Origin: Eledone cirrhosa
Taxonomy: Eukaryota
Direction: 5' to 3'
Assembly: GCA_964016885.1 (NCBI GenBank)
Contig: OZ024744.1
Span: 122,202,001-122,266,000 of the forward strand
DNA: 64,000 nucleotides
The position numbers were made by a program, and so were the translations under genes. The notes below the pieces were generated by a model that was not told the origin of the DNA, made no database searches, and worked only from the letters and a program-made list of their open reading frames with translations. Shown in pieces: positions 45,620 through 59,300 of this stretch (the stretch's first letter is position 1; each line of letters starts with the position of its first letter).

Positions 45620-48600
45620 CACAACATCCATCACTACCTCTATTCCTCTCAACCAGTCACTTTTATCCTTCCTCAACACATGACCCAACCATCTCACACT
45701 ATCTCTCTTCACAACATCCATCACTACCTCTATTCCTCTCACCCAGTCACTTTCATACTTCCTCAACAGATGACCTAACCATCTCACACTATCTCTCTTC
45801 ACAACATCCATCACTACCTCTATTCCTCTCACCCAGTCACTTTCATACTTCCTCAACACATGACCCAACCATCTCACACTATCTCTCTTCACAACATCCA
45901 TCACTACCTCTATTCCTCTCACCCAGTCACTTTCATACTTCCTCAACACATGACCCAACCATCTTACACTATCTCTCTTCACAACATCCATCACTAACTC
46001 TATTCCTCTCACCCAGTCACTTTTATCCTTCCTCAACACATGACCTAACCATCTCACACTATCTCTCTTCACAACATCCATCACTACCTCTATTCCTCTC
46101 ACCCAGTCACTTTTATCCTTCCTCAACACATGACCCAACCATCTTACACTATCTCTCTTCACAACATCCATCACTACCTCTATTCCTCTCACCCAGTCAC
46201 TTTCATACTTCCTCAACAGATGACCTAACCATCTCACACTATCTCTCTTCACAACATCCATCACTGCCTCTATTCCTCTCACCCAGTCACTTTCATACTT
46301 CCTCAACACATGACCCAACCATCTCACACTATCTCTCTTCACAACATCCATCACTACCTCTATTCCTCACACCCAGTCACTTTTATCCTTCCTCAACACA
46401 TGACCCAACCATCTCACACTATCTCTCTTCACAACATCCATCACTACCTCTATTCCTCTCACCCAGTCACTTTCATACTTCCTCAACACATGACCCACCT
46501 ATCTCACACTATCTCTCTTCACAACATCCATCACTACCTCTATTCCTCTCACCCAGTCACTTTCATACTTCCTCAACACATGACCCAACCATCTCACACT
46601 ATCTCTCTTCACAACATCCATCACTACCTCTATTCCCCTCACCCAGTCACTTTCATACTGCCTCAACACATGACCCAACAATCTCTCACTATCTCTCTTC
46701 ACAACATCCATCACTACCTCTATTCCTCTCACCCAGTCACTTTCATACTTCCTCAACACATGACCCAACCATCTCACACTATCTCTCTTCACAACATCCA
46801 TCACTACCTCTATTCCTCTCACCCAGTCACTTTTATCCTTCCTCAACACATGACCTAACCATCTGACACTATCTCTCTTCACAACATCCATCACTACATC
46901 TGTTCCTCTCACCCAGTCACTTTTATACTTCCTCAACACATGACCCAACCATCTCACACTATCTCTCTTCACAACATCCATCACTACATTTATTCCTCTC
47001 AGCCAGTCAATTTCATACTTCCTCAACACATGACCCAACCATCTCTCACTATCTCTCTTCACAACATCCATCACTACCTCTATTCCTCTCACCCAGTCAC
47101 TTTCATACTTCCTCAACACATGACCCAACCATCTCACACTATCTCTCTTCACAACATCCATCACTACCTCTATTCCTCTCACCCCGTCACTTTTATCCTT
47201 CCTCAACACATGACCTAACCATCTCACACTATCTCTCTTCACAACATCCATCACTACCTCTATTCCTCTCACCCAGTCACTTTTATACTTCCTCAACACA
47301 TGACCCAACCATCTCACACTATCTCTCTTCACAACATCCATCACTACCTCTATTCCTCTCACCCAGTCACTTTCATACTTCCTCAACACATGACCCAATC
47401 ATCTCACACTATCTCTCTTCACAATATCCATCACTACCTCTATTCCTCTCACCCAGTCACTTTTATCCTTCCTCAACACATGACCTAACCATCTGACACT
47501 ATCTCTCTTCACAACATCCATCACTACATCTGTTCCTCTCACCCAGTCACTTTTATACTTCCTCAACACATGACCCAACCATCTCACACTATCTCTCTTC
47601 ACAACATCCATCACTACCTCTGTTCCTCTCACCCAGTCACTTTAATACTTCCTCAACACATGACCTAACCATCTCACACCATCTCTCTTCACAACGTCCA
47701 TCACTACCTCTATTCCTCTCACCCAGTCACTTTCATACTTCCTCAACACATGACCCAACCATCTCACACTATCTCTCTTCACAACATCCATCACTACCTC
47801 TATTCCTCTCAGCCAGTCACATTCATACTTCCTCAACACATGACCCAACCATCTCACACTATCTCTCTTCACAACATCCATCACTACCTCTATTCCTCTC
47901 ACCCAGTCACTTTTATCCTTCCTCAACACATGACCTAACCATCTCACACTATCTCTCTTCACAGCATCCATCATTACCTCTATTGCTCTCACCCAGTCAC
48001 TTTCATACTTCCTCAACACATGATCCAACCATCTCACACTATCTCTCTTCACAACATCCATCATTACCTCTATTGCTCTCACCCAGTCACTTTCATACTT
48101 CCTCAACACATGACCCAACCATCTCATACTATCTCTCTTCACAACATCCATCACTACCTCTATTCCTCTCACCCAGTCACTTTTATCCTTCCTCAACACA
48201 TGACCCAACCATCTCACACTATCTCTCTTCACAACATCCATCACTACCTCTATTCCTCTCACCCAGTCACTTTTATCCTTCCTCAACACATGACCTAACC
48301 ATCTCACACTATCTCTCTTCACAACATCCATCACTACCTCTATTCCTCTCAACCAGTCACTTTTATCCTTCCTCAACACATGACCCAACCATCTCACACT
48401 ATCTCTCTTCACAACATCCATCACTACCTCTATTCCTCTCACCCAGTCACTTTCATACTTCCTCAACAGATGACCTAACCATCTCACACTATCTCTCTTC
48501 ACAACATCCATCACTACCTCTATTCCTCTCACCCAGTCACTTTCATACTTCCTCAACACATGACCCAACCATCTCACACTATCTCTCTTCACAACATCCA

Positions 48601-51600
48601 TCACTACCTCTATTCCTCTCACCCAGTCACTTTCATACTTCCTCAACACATGACCCAACCATCTCATACTATCTCTCTTCACAACATCCATCACTACCTC
48701 TATTCCTCTCACCCAGTCACTTTTATCCTTCCTCAACACATGACCCAACCATCTCACACTATCTCTCTTCACAACATCCATCACTACCTCTATTCCTCTC
48801 ACCCAGTCACTTTTATCCTTCCTCAACACATGACCTAACCATCTCACACTATCTCTCTTCACAACATCCATCACTACCTCTATTCCTCTCAACCAGTCAC
48901 TTTTATCCTTCCTCAACACATGACCCAACCATCTCACACTATCTCTCTTCACAACATCCATCACTACCTCTATTCCTCTCACCCAGTCACTTTCATACTT
49001 CCTCAACAGATGACCTAACCATCTCACACTATCTCTCTTCACAACATCCATCACTACCTCTATTCCTCTCACCCAGTCACTTTCATACTTCCTCAACACA
49101 TGACCCAACCATCTCACACTATCTCTCTTCACAACATCCATCACTACCTCTATTCCTCTCACCCAGTCACTTTCATACTTCCTCAACACATGACCCAACC
49201 ATCTTACACTATCTCTCTTCACAACATCCATCACTAACTCTATTCCTCTCACCCAGTCACTTTTATCCTTCCTCAACACATGACCTAACCATCTCACACT
49301 ATCTCTCTTCACAACATCCATCACTACCTCTATTCCTCTCACCCAGTCACTTTTATCCTTCCTCAACACATGACCCAACCATCTTACACTATCTCTCTTC
49401 ACAACATCCATCACTACCTCTATTCCTCTCACCCAGTCACTTTCATACTTCCTCAACAGATGACCTAACCATCTCACACTATCTCTCTTCACAACATCCA
49501 TCACTGCCTCTATTCCTCTCACCCAGTCACTTTCATACTTCCTCAACACATGACCCAACCATCTCACACTATCTCTCTTCACAACATCCATCACTACCTC
49601 TATTCCTCACACCCAGTCACTTTTATCCTTCCTCAACACATGACCCAACCATCTCACACTATCTCTCTTCACAACATCCATCACTACCTCTATTCCTCTC
49701 ACCCAGTCACTTTCATACTTCCTCAACACATGACCCACCTATCTCACACTATCTCTCTTCACAACATCCATCACTACCTCTATTCCTCTCACCCAGTCAC
49801 TTTCATACTTCCTCAACACATGACCCAACCATCTCACACTATCTCTCTTCACAACATCCATCACTACCTCTATTCCCCTCACCCAGTCACTTTCATACTG
49901 CCTCAACACATGACCCAACAATCTCTCACTATCTCTCTTCACAACATCCATCACTACCTCTATTCCTCTCACCCAGTCACTTTCATACTTCCTCAACACA
50001 TGACCCAACCATCTCACACTATCTCTCTTCACAACATCCATCACTACCTTTATTCCTCTCACCCAGTCACTTTTATCCTTCCTCAACACATGACCTAACC
50101 ATCTGACACTATCTCTCTTCACAACATCCATCACTACATCTGTTCCTCTCACCCAGTCACTTTTATACTTCCTCAACACATGACCCAACCATCTCACACT
50201 ATCTCTCTTCACAACATCCATCACTACATTTATTCCTCTCAGCCAGTCAATTTCATACTTCCTCAACACATGACCTAACCATCTCACACTATCTCTCTTC
50301 ACAACATCCATCACTACCTCTATTCCTCTCACCCAGTCACTTTTATACTTCCTCAACACATGACCCAACCATCTCACACTATCTCTCTTCACAACATCCA
50401 TCACTACCTCTATTCCTCTCACCCAGTCACTTTCATACTTCCTCAACACATGACCCAATCATCTCACACTATCTCTCTTCACAATATCCATCACTACCTC
50501 TATTCCTCTCACCCAGTCACTTTTATCCTTCCTCAACACATGACCTAACCATCTGACACTATCTCTCTTCACAACATCCATCACTACATCTGTTCCTCTC
50601 ACCCAGTCATTTTTGTACTTCCTCAACACATGACCCAACCATCTCACACTATCTCTCTTCACAACATCCATCACTACCTCTGTTCCTCTCACCCAGTCAC
50701 TTTAATACTTCCTCAACACATGACCTAACCATCTCACACCATCTCTCTTCACAACGTCCATCACTACCTCTATTCCTCTCACCCAGTCACTTTCATACTT
50801 CCTCAACACATGACCCAACCATCTCACACTATCTCTCTTCACAACATCCATCACTACCTCTATTCCTCTCAGCCAGTCACATTCATACTTCCTCAACACA
50901 TGACCCAACCATCTCACACTATCTCTCTTCACAACATCCATCACTACCTCTATTCCTCTCACCCAGTCACTTTTATCCTTCCTCAACACATGACCTAACC
51001 ATCTCACACTATCTCTCTTCACAGCATCCATCATTACCTCTATTGCTCTCACCCAGTCACTTTCATACTTCCTCAACACATGACCCAACCATCTCACACT
51101 ATCTCTCTTCACAACATCCATCATTACCTCTATTGCTCTCACCCAGTCACTTTCATACTTCCTCAACACATGACCCAACCATCTCATACTATCTCTCTTC
51201 ACAACATCCATCACTACCTCTATTCCTCTCACCCAGTCACTTTTATCCTTCCTCAACACATGACCCAACCATCTCACACTATCTCTCTTCACAACATCCA
51301 TCACTACCTCTATTCCTCTCACCCAGTCACTTTTATCCTTCCTCAACACATGACCTAACCATTTCACACTATCTCTCTTCACAACATCCATCACTACCTC
51401 TATTCCTCTCACCCAGTCACTTTTATACTTCCTCAACACATGACCCAACCATCTCACACTATCTCTCTTCACAACATCCATCACTACCTCTATTCCTCTC
51501 ACCCAGTCACTTTCATACTTCCTCAACACATGACCCAATCATCTCACACTATCTCTCTTCACAATATCCATCACTACCTCTATTCCTCTCACCCAGTCAC

Positions 51601-52320
51601 TTTTATCCTTCCTCAACACATGACCTAACCATCTGACACTATCTCTCTTCACAACATCCATCACTACATCTCTTCCTCTCACCCAGTCACTTTTATACTT
51701 CCTCAACACATGACCCAACCATCTCACACTATCTCTCTTCACAACATCCATCACTACCTCTGTTCCTCTCACCCAGTCACTTTAATACTTCCTCAACACA
51801 TGACCTAACCATCTCACACTATCTCTCTTCACAACGTCCATCACTACCTCTATTCCTCTCACCCAGTCACTTTCATACTTCCTCAACACATGACCCAACC
51901 ATCTCACACTATCTCTCTTCACAACATCCATCACTACCTCTATTCCTCTCAGCCAGTCACTTTCATACTTCCTCAACACATGACCCAACCATCTCACACT
52001 ATCTCTCTTCACAACATCCATCACTACCTCAATTCCTCTCACCCAGTCACTTTTATCCTTCCTCAACACATGACCTAACCATCTCACACTATCTCTCTTC
52101 ACAGCATCCATCATTACCTCTATTGCTCTCACCCAGTCACTTTCATACTTCCTCAACACATGACCCAACCATCTCACACTATCTCTCTTCACAACATCCA
52201 TCATTACCTCTATTGCTCTCACCCAGTCACTTTCATACTTCCTCAACACATGACCCAACCATCTCATACTATCTCTCTTCACAACATCCATCACTACCTC
52301 TATTCCTCTCACCCAGTCAC
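45620..52320. repeat. Nested higher-order duplications with offsets 3240, 3060, 1080 and 540 bp (36, 34, 12 and 6 monomers)
   Basis: ORFs 46310/49550 (3240), 47399/50459 and 47642/50702 (3060), 50702/51782 and 51043/52123 (1080). ctcatact at ~48125 / ~48665 (540). Shared tcactgcc at 46266 / 49506. Confidence 0.85.
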
Positions 52321-55300
52321 TTTTATCCTTCCTCAACACATGACTAAACCATCTCACACTATCTCTCTTCACAATATCCATCACTACCTCTATTCCTCTC
52401 ACCCAGTCACTTTCATACTGCCTCAACCCATGACCCAACCATCTCACACTATCTCTCTTCACAACATCCATCACTACATCTGTTCCTCTCACCCAGTCAC
52501 TTTTATACTTCCTCAACACATGACCCAACCATCTCACACTATCTCTCTTCACAACATCCAACACTACCTCCATTCCTCTCACCAAGTCACTTTTATCCTT
52601 CCTCAACACATGACCCAACCATCTTACACTATCTCTCTTCACAACATCCATCACTACCTCTATTCCTCTCAACCAGTCACTTTTATCCTTCCTCAACACA
52701 TGACCCAACCATCTCACACTATCTCTCTTCACAACATCCATCACTACCTCTATTCCTCTCACCCAGTCACTTTCATACTTCCTCAACAGATGACCTAACC
52801 ATCTCACACTATCTCTCTTCACAACATCCATCACTACTTCTATTCCTCTCACCCAGTCACTTTCATACTTCCTCAACACATGACCCAACCATCTCACACT
52901 ATCTCTCTTCACAACATCCATCACTACCTCTATTCCTCTCACCCAGTCACTTTCATACTTCCTCAACACATGACCCAACCATCTTACACTATCTCTCTTC
53001 ACAACATCCATCACTAACTCTATTCCTCTCACCCAGTCACTTTTATCCTTCCTCAACACATGACCTAACCATCTCACACTATCTCTCTTCACAACATCCA
53101 TCACTACCTCTATTCCTCTCACCCAGTCACTTTTATCCTTCCTCAACACATGACCCAACCATCTTACACTATCTCTCTTCACAACTTCCATCACTACCTC
53201 TATTCCTCTCACCCAGTCACTTTCATACTTCCTCAACAGATGACCTAACCATCTCACACTATCTCTCTTCACAACATCCATCACTACCTCTATTCCTCTC
53301 ACCCAGTCACTTTCATACTTCCTCAACACATGACCCAACCATCTCACACTATCTCTCTTCACAACATCCATCACTACCTCTATTCCTCACACCCAGTCAC
53401 TTTCATACTTCCTCAACACATGACCCACCTATCTCACACTATCTCTCTTCACAACATCCATCACTACCTCTATTCCCCTCACACAGTTACTTTCATACTG
53501 CCTCAACACATGACCCAACAATCTCTCACTATCTCTCTTCACAACATACATCACTACCTCTATTCCTCTCACCCAGTCACTTTCATACTTCCTCAACACA
53601 TGACCCAACCATCTCACACTATCTCTCTTCACAACATCCATCACTACCTCTATTCCTCTCACCCAGTCACTTTTATCCTTCCTGAACACATGACCTAACC
53701 ATCTGACACTATCTCTCTTCACAACATCCATCACTACATCTGTTCCTCTCACCCAGTCACTTTTATACTTCCTCAACACATGACCCAACCATCTCACTCC
53801 ATCTCTCTTCACAACATCCATCACTACATTTATTCCTCTCAGCCAGTCAATTTCATACTGCCTCAACACATGACCCAACCATCTCTCACTATCTCTCTTC
53901 ACAACATCCATCACTACCTCTATTCCTCTCACCCAGTCACTTTCATACTTCCTCAACACATGACCCAACCATCTCACACTATCTCTCTTCACAACATCCA
54001 TCACTACCTCTATTCCTCTCACCCCGTCACTTTTATCCTTCCTCAACACATGACCTAACCATCTCACACTATCTCTCTTCACAACATCCATCACTACCTC
54101 TATTCCTCTCACCCAGTCACTTTTATACTTCCTCAACACATGACCCAACCATCTCACACTATCTCTCTTCACAACATCCATCACTACCTCTATTCCTCTC
54201 ACCCAGTCACTTTCATACTTCCTCAACACATGACCCAATCATCTCACACTATCTCTCTTCACAATATCCATCACTACATCTATTCCTCTCACCCAGTCAC
54301 TTTTATCCTTCCTCAACACATGACCTAACCATCTGACACTATCTCTCTTCACAACATCCATCACTACATCTGTTCCTCTCACCCAGTCACTTTTATACTT
54401 CCTCAACACATGACCCAACCTTCTCACACTATCTCTCTTCACAACATCCATCACTACCTCGGTTCCTCTCAACCAGTCACTTTTATCCTTCCTCAACACA
54501 TAACCCAACCATCTCACACTATCTCTCTTCACAACATCCATCACTACCTCTATTCCTCACACCCAGTCAGTTTCATACTTCCTCAACAGATGACCTAACC
54601 ATCTCACATTATCTCTCTTCACAACATCCATCACTACCTCTGTTCCTCTCACCCAGTCACTTTAATACTTCCTCAACACATGACCTAACCATCTCACACT
54701 ATCTCTCTTCACAACGTCCATCACTACCTCTATTCCTCTCACCAAGTCACTTTCATACTTCCTCAACACATGACCCAACCATCTCACACTATCTCTCTTC
54801 ACAACATCCATCACTACCTCTATTCCTCTCACCCAGTCACTTTTATCCTTCCTCAACACATGACCTAACCATCTCACACTATCTCTCTTCACAGCATCCA
54901 TCATTACCTCTATTGCTCTCACCCAGTCACTTTCATACTTCCTCAACACATGACCCAACCATCTGATACTATCTCTCTTCACAACATCCATCACTACCTC
55001 TATTCCTCTCACCCAGTCACTTTTATCCTTCCTCAACACATGACCCAACCATCTCACACTATCTCTCTTCACAACATCCATCACTACCTCTATTCCTCTC
55101 ACCCAGTCACTTTTATCCTTCCTCAACACATGACTAAACCATCTCACACTATCTCTCTTCACAACATCCATCACTACCTCTATTCCTCTCACCCAGTCAC
55201 TTTCATACTGCCTCAACCCATGACCCAACCATCTCACACTATCTCTCTTCACAACATCCATCACTACATCTGTTCCTCTCACCCAGTCACTTTTATACTT

Positions 55301-56379
55301 CCTCAACACATGAGCCAACCATCTCACACTATCTCTCTTCACAACATCCAACACTACCTCCATTCCTCTCACCAAGTCACTTTTATCCTTCCTCAACACA
55401 TGACCCAACCATCTTACACTATCTCTCTTCACAACATCCATCACTACCTCTATTCCTCTCAACCAGTCACTTTTATCCTTCCTCAACACATGACCCAACC
55501 ATCTAACACTATCTCTCTTCACAACATCCATCACTACCTCTATTCCTCTCACCCAGTCACTTTCATACTTCCTCAACAGATGACCTAACCATCTCACACT
55601 ATCTCTCTTCACAACATCCATCACTACCTCTATTCCTCTCACCCAGTCACTTTCATACTTCCTCAACACATGACCCAACCATCTCACACTATCTCTCTTC
55701 ACAACATCCATCACTACCTCTATTCCTCTCACCCAGTCACTTTCATACTTCCTCAACACATGACCCAACCATCTCACACTATCTCTCTTCACAACATCCA
55801 TCACTACCTCTGTTCCTCTCAACCAGTCACTTTTATCCTTCCTCAACACATGACCCAACCATCTCACACTATCTCTCTTCACAACATCCATCACTACCTT
55901 TATTCCTCTCAGCCAGTCAATTTCATACTTCCTCAATACATGACCCAACCATCTCACACTATCTCTCTTCACAACATCTATCACTACCTCTATTCCTCTC
56001 ACCCAGTCAATTTCATACTTCCTCAACACATGACCCAACCATCTCTCACTATTTCTCTTCACAGCATCCATCACTAACTCTATTCCTCTCAGCCAGTCAC
56101 TTTCATACTTCCTCAACACATGACCCAACCATCTTACACTATCTCTCTTCACAACATCCATCACTAACTCTATTCCTCTCACCCAGTCACTTTTATCCTT
56201 CCTCAACACATGACCTAACCATCTCACACTATCTCTCTTCACAACATCCATCATTACCTCTATTGCTCTCACCCAGTCACTTTCATACTTCCTCAACACA
56301 TGACCCAACCTTCTCACACTATCTCTCTTCACAACATCCATCACTACCTCTATTCCTCTCACCCAGTCACTTTCATACT

Positions 56380-59300
56380 TCCTCAACACATGACCCAACA
56401 ATCTCTCACTATCTCTCTTCACAACATCCATCACTACCTCTATTCCTCTCACCCAGTCACTTTCATACTTCCTCAACACATGACCCAACCATCTCACACT
56501 ATCTCTCTTCACAACATTCATCACTACCTCTATTCCTCTCACCCAGTCACTTTTATCCTTCCTGAACACATGACCTAACCATCTGACACTATCTCTCTTC
56601 ACAACATCCATCACTACATCTGTTCCTCTCACCCAGTCACTTTTATACTTCCTCAACACATGACCCAACCATCTCACACTATCTCTCTTCACAACATCCA
56701 TCACTACATTTATTCCTCTCAGCCAGTCACTTTTATACTTCCTCAACACATGACCCAACCATCTCACACTATCTCTCTTCACAACATCCATCACTACCTC
56801 TATTCCTCTCACCCCGTCACTTTTATCCTTCCTCAACACATGACCTAACCATCTCACACTATCTCTCTTCACAACATCCATCACTACCTCTATTCCTCTC
56901 ACCCAGTCACTTTTATACTTCCTCAACACATGACCCAACCATCTCACACTATCTCTCTTCACAACATCCATCACTACCTCTATTCCTCTCACCCAGTCAC
57001 TTTCATACTTCCTCAACACATGACCCAATCATCTCACACTATCTCTCTTCACAATATCCATAACTACCTCTATTCCTCTCACCCAGTCACTTTTATCCTT
57101 CCTCAACACATGACCCAACCATCTCACACTATCTCTCTTCACAACATCCATCACTACCTCTATTCCTCTCACCCAGTCACTTTCATACTTCCTCAACACA
57201 TGACCCAATCATCTCACACTATCTCTCTTCACAATATCCATAACTACCTCTATTCCTCTCACCCAGTCACTTTTATCCTTCCTCAACACATGACCCAACC
57301 ATCTCACACTATCTCTCTTCACAACATCCATCACTACCTCGGTTCCTCTCAACCAGTCACTTTTATCCTTCCTCAACACATAACCCAACCATCTCACACT
57401 ATCTCTCTTCACAACATCCATCACTACCTCTATTCCTCACACCCAGTCAGTTTCATACTTCCTCAACAGATGACCTAACCATCTCACATTATCTCTCTTC
57501 ACAACATCCATCATTACCTCTGTTCCTCTCACCCAGTCACTTTAATACTTCCTCAACACATGACCTAACCATCTCACACTATCTCTCTTCACAACGTCCA
57601 TAACTACCTCTATTCCTCTCACCCAGTCACTTTCATACTTCCTCAACACATGACCCAACCATCTCACACTATCTCTCTTCACAACATCCATCACTACATC
57701 TATTCCTCTCACCCAGTCACTTTTATACTTCCTCAACACATGACTCAACCATCTCACACTATCTCTCTTCACAACATCCATCACTACCTCTATTCCTCTC
57801 ACCCAGTCACTTTTATCCTTCCTCAACACATGACCCAACCATCTTACACTATCTCTCTTCACAACATCCATCACTACCTCTATTCCTCTCACCCAGTCAC
57901 TTTCATACTTCCTCAACAGATGACCTAACCATCTCACACTATCTCTCTTCACAACATCCATCACTACCTCTATTCCTCTCACCCAGTCACTTTCATACTT
58001 CCTCAACACATGACCCAAACATCTCACACTATCTCTCTTCACAACATCCATCAATACCTCTATTCATCACACACAGTCACTTTTATCCTTCCTCAACACA
58101 TGACCCAACCATCTCACACTATCTCTCTTCACAACATCCATCACTACCTCTATTCCTCTCACCCAGTCACTTTCATACTTCCTCAACACATGACCCACCT
58201 ATCTCACACTATCTCTCTTCACAACATCCATCACTACCTCTATTCCCCTCACCCAGTCACTTTCATACTGCCTCAACACATAACCCAACAATCTCTCACT
58301 ATCTCTCTTCACAACATCCATCACTACCTCTATTCCTCTCACCCAGTCACTTTCATACTTCCTCAACACATGACCCAACCATCTCACACTATCTCTCTTC
58401 ACAACATCCATCACTACCTCTATTCCTCTCACCCAGTCACTTTTATCCTTCCTCAACACATGACCTAACCATCTCACACTATCTCTCTTCACAACATCCA
58501 TCACTACCTCTATTCCTCTCACCCAGTCACTTTTATCCTTCCTCAACACATGACCCAACCATCTTACACTATCTCTCTTCACAACATCCATCACTACCTC
58601 TATTCCTCTCACCCAGTCACTTTCATGCTTCCTCAACAGATGACCTAACCATCTCACACTATCTCTCTTCAGAACATCCATCACTACCTCTATTCCTCTC
58701 ACCCAGTCACTTTCATACTTCCTCAACACATGACCCAACCATCTCACAATATCTCTCTTCACAACATCCATCACTACCTCTATTCCTCACACCCAGTCAC
58801 TTTCATACTTCCTCAACACATGACCCACCTATCTCACACTATCTCTCTTCACAACATCCATCACTACCTCTATTCCCCTCACCCAGTCACTTTCATACTG
58901 CCTCAACACATGACCCAACAATCTCTCACTATCTCTCTTCACAACATCCATCACTACCTCTATTCCTCTCACCCAGTCACTTTCATACTTCCTCAACACA
59001 TGACCCAACCATCTCACACTATCTCTCTTCACAACATCCATCACTACCTCTATTCCTCTCACCCAGTCACTTTTATCCTTCCTGAACACATGACCTAACC
59101 ATCTGACACTATCTCTCTTCACAACATCCATCACTACATCTGTTCCTCTCACCCAGTCACTTTTATACTTCCTCAACACATGACCCAACCATCTCACACT
59201 ATCTCTCTTCACAACATCCATCACTACATTTATTCCTCTCAGCCAGTCACCTTTATACTTCCTCAACACATGACCCAACCATCTCACACTATCTCTCTTC

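Noticed and set aside
47983-50106. 707-aa Ser/Pro/His/Thr-rich ORF resembling a mucin or extensin
   Set aside because: It is another frame of the same satellite. Its starts are chance TTG variants, there is no signal peptide or non-repetitive domain, and frameshifts occur in the array.
54662-57028. 788-aa minus-strand ORF as a functional retrotransposon protein
   Set aside because: It consists only of one reiterated 30-aa motif, has no RT or endonuclease catalytic motifs, and is bounded by nonsense variants.
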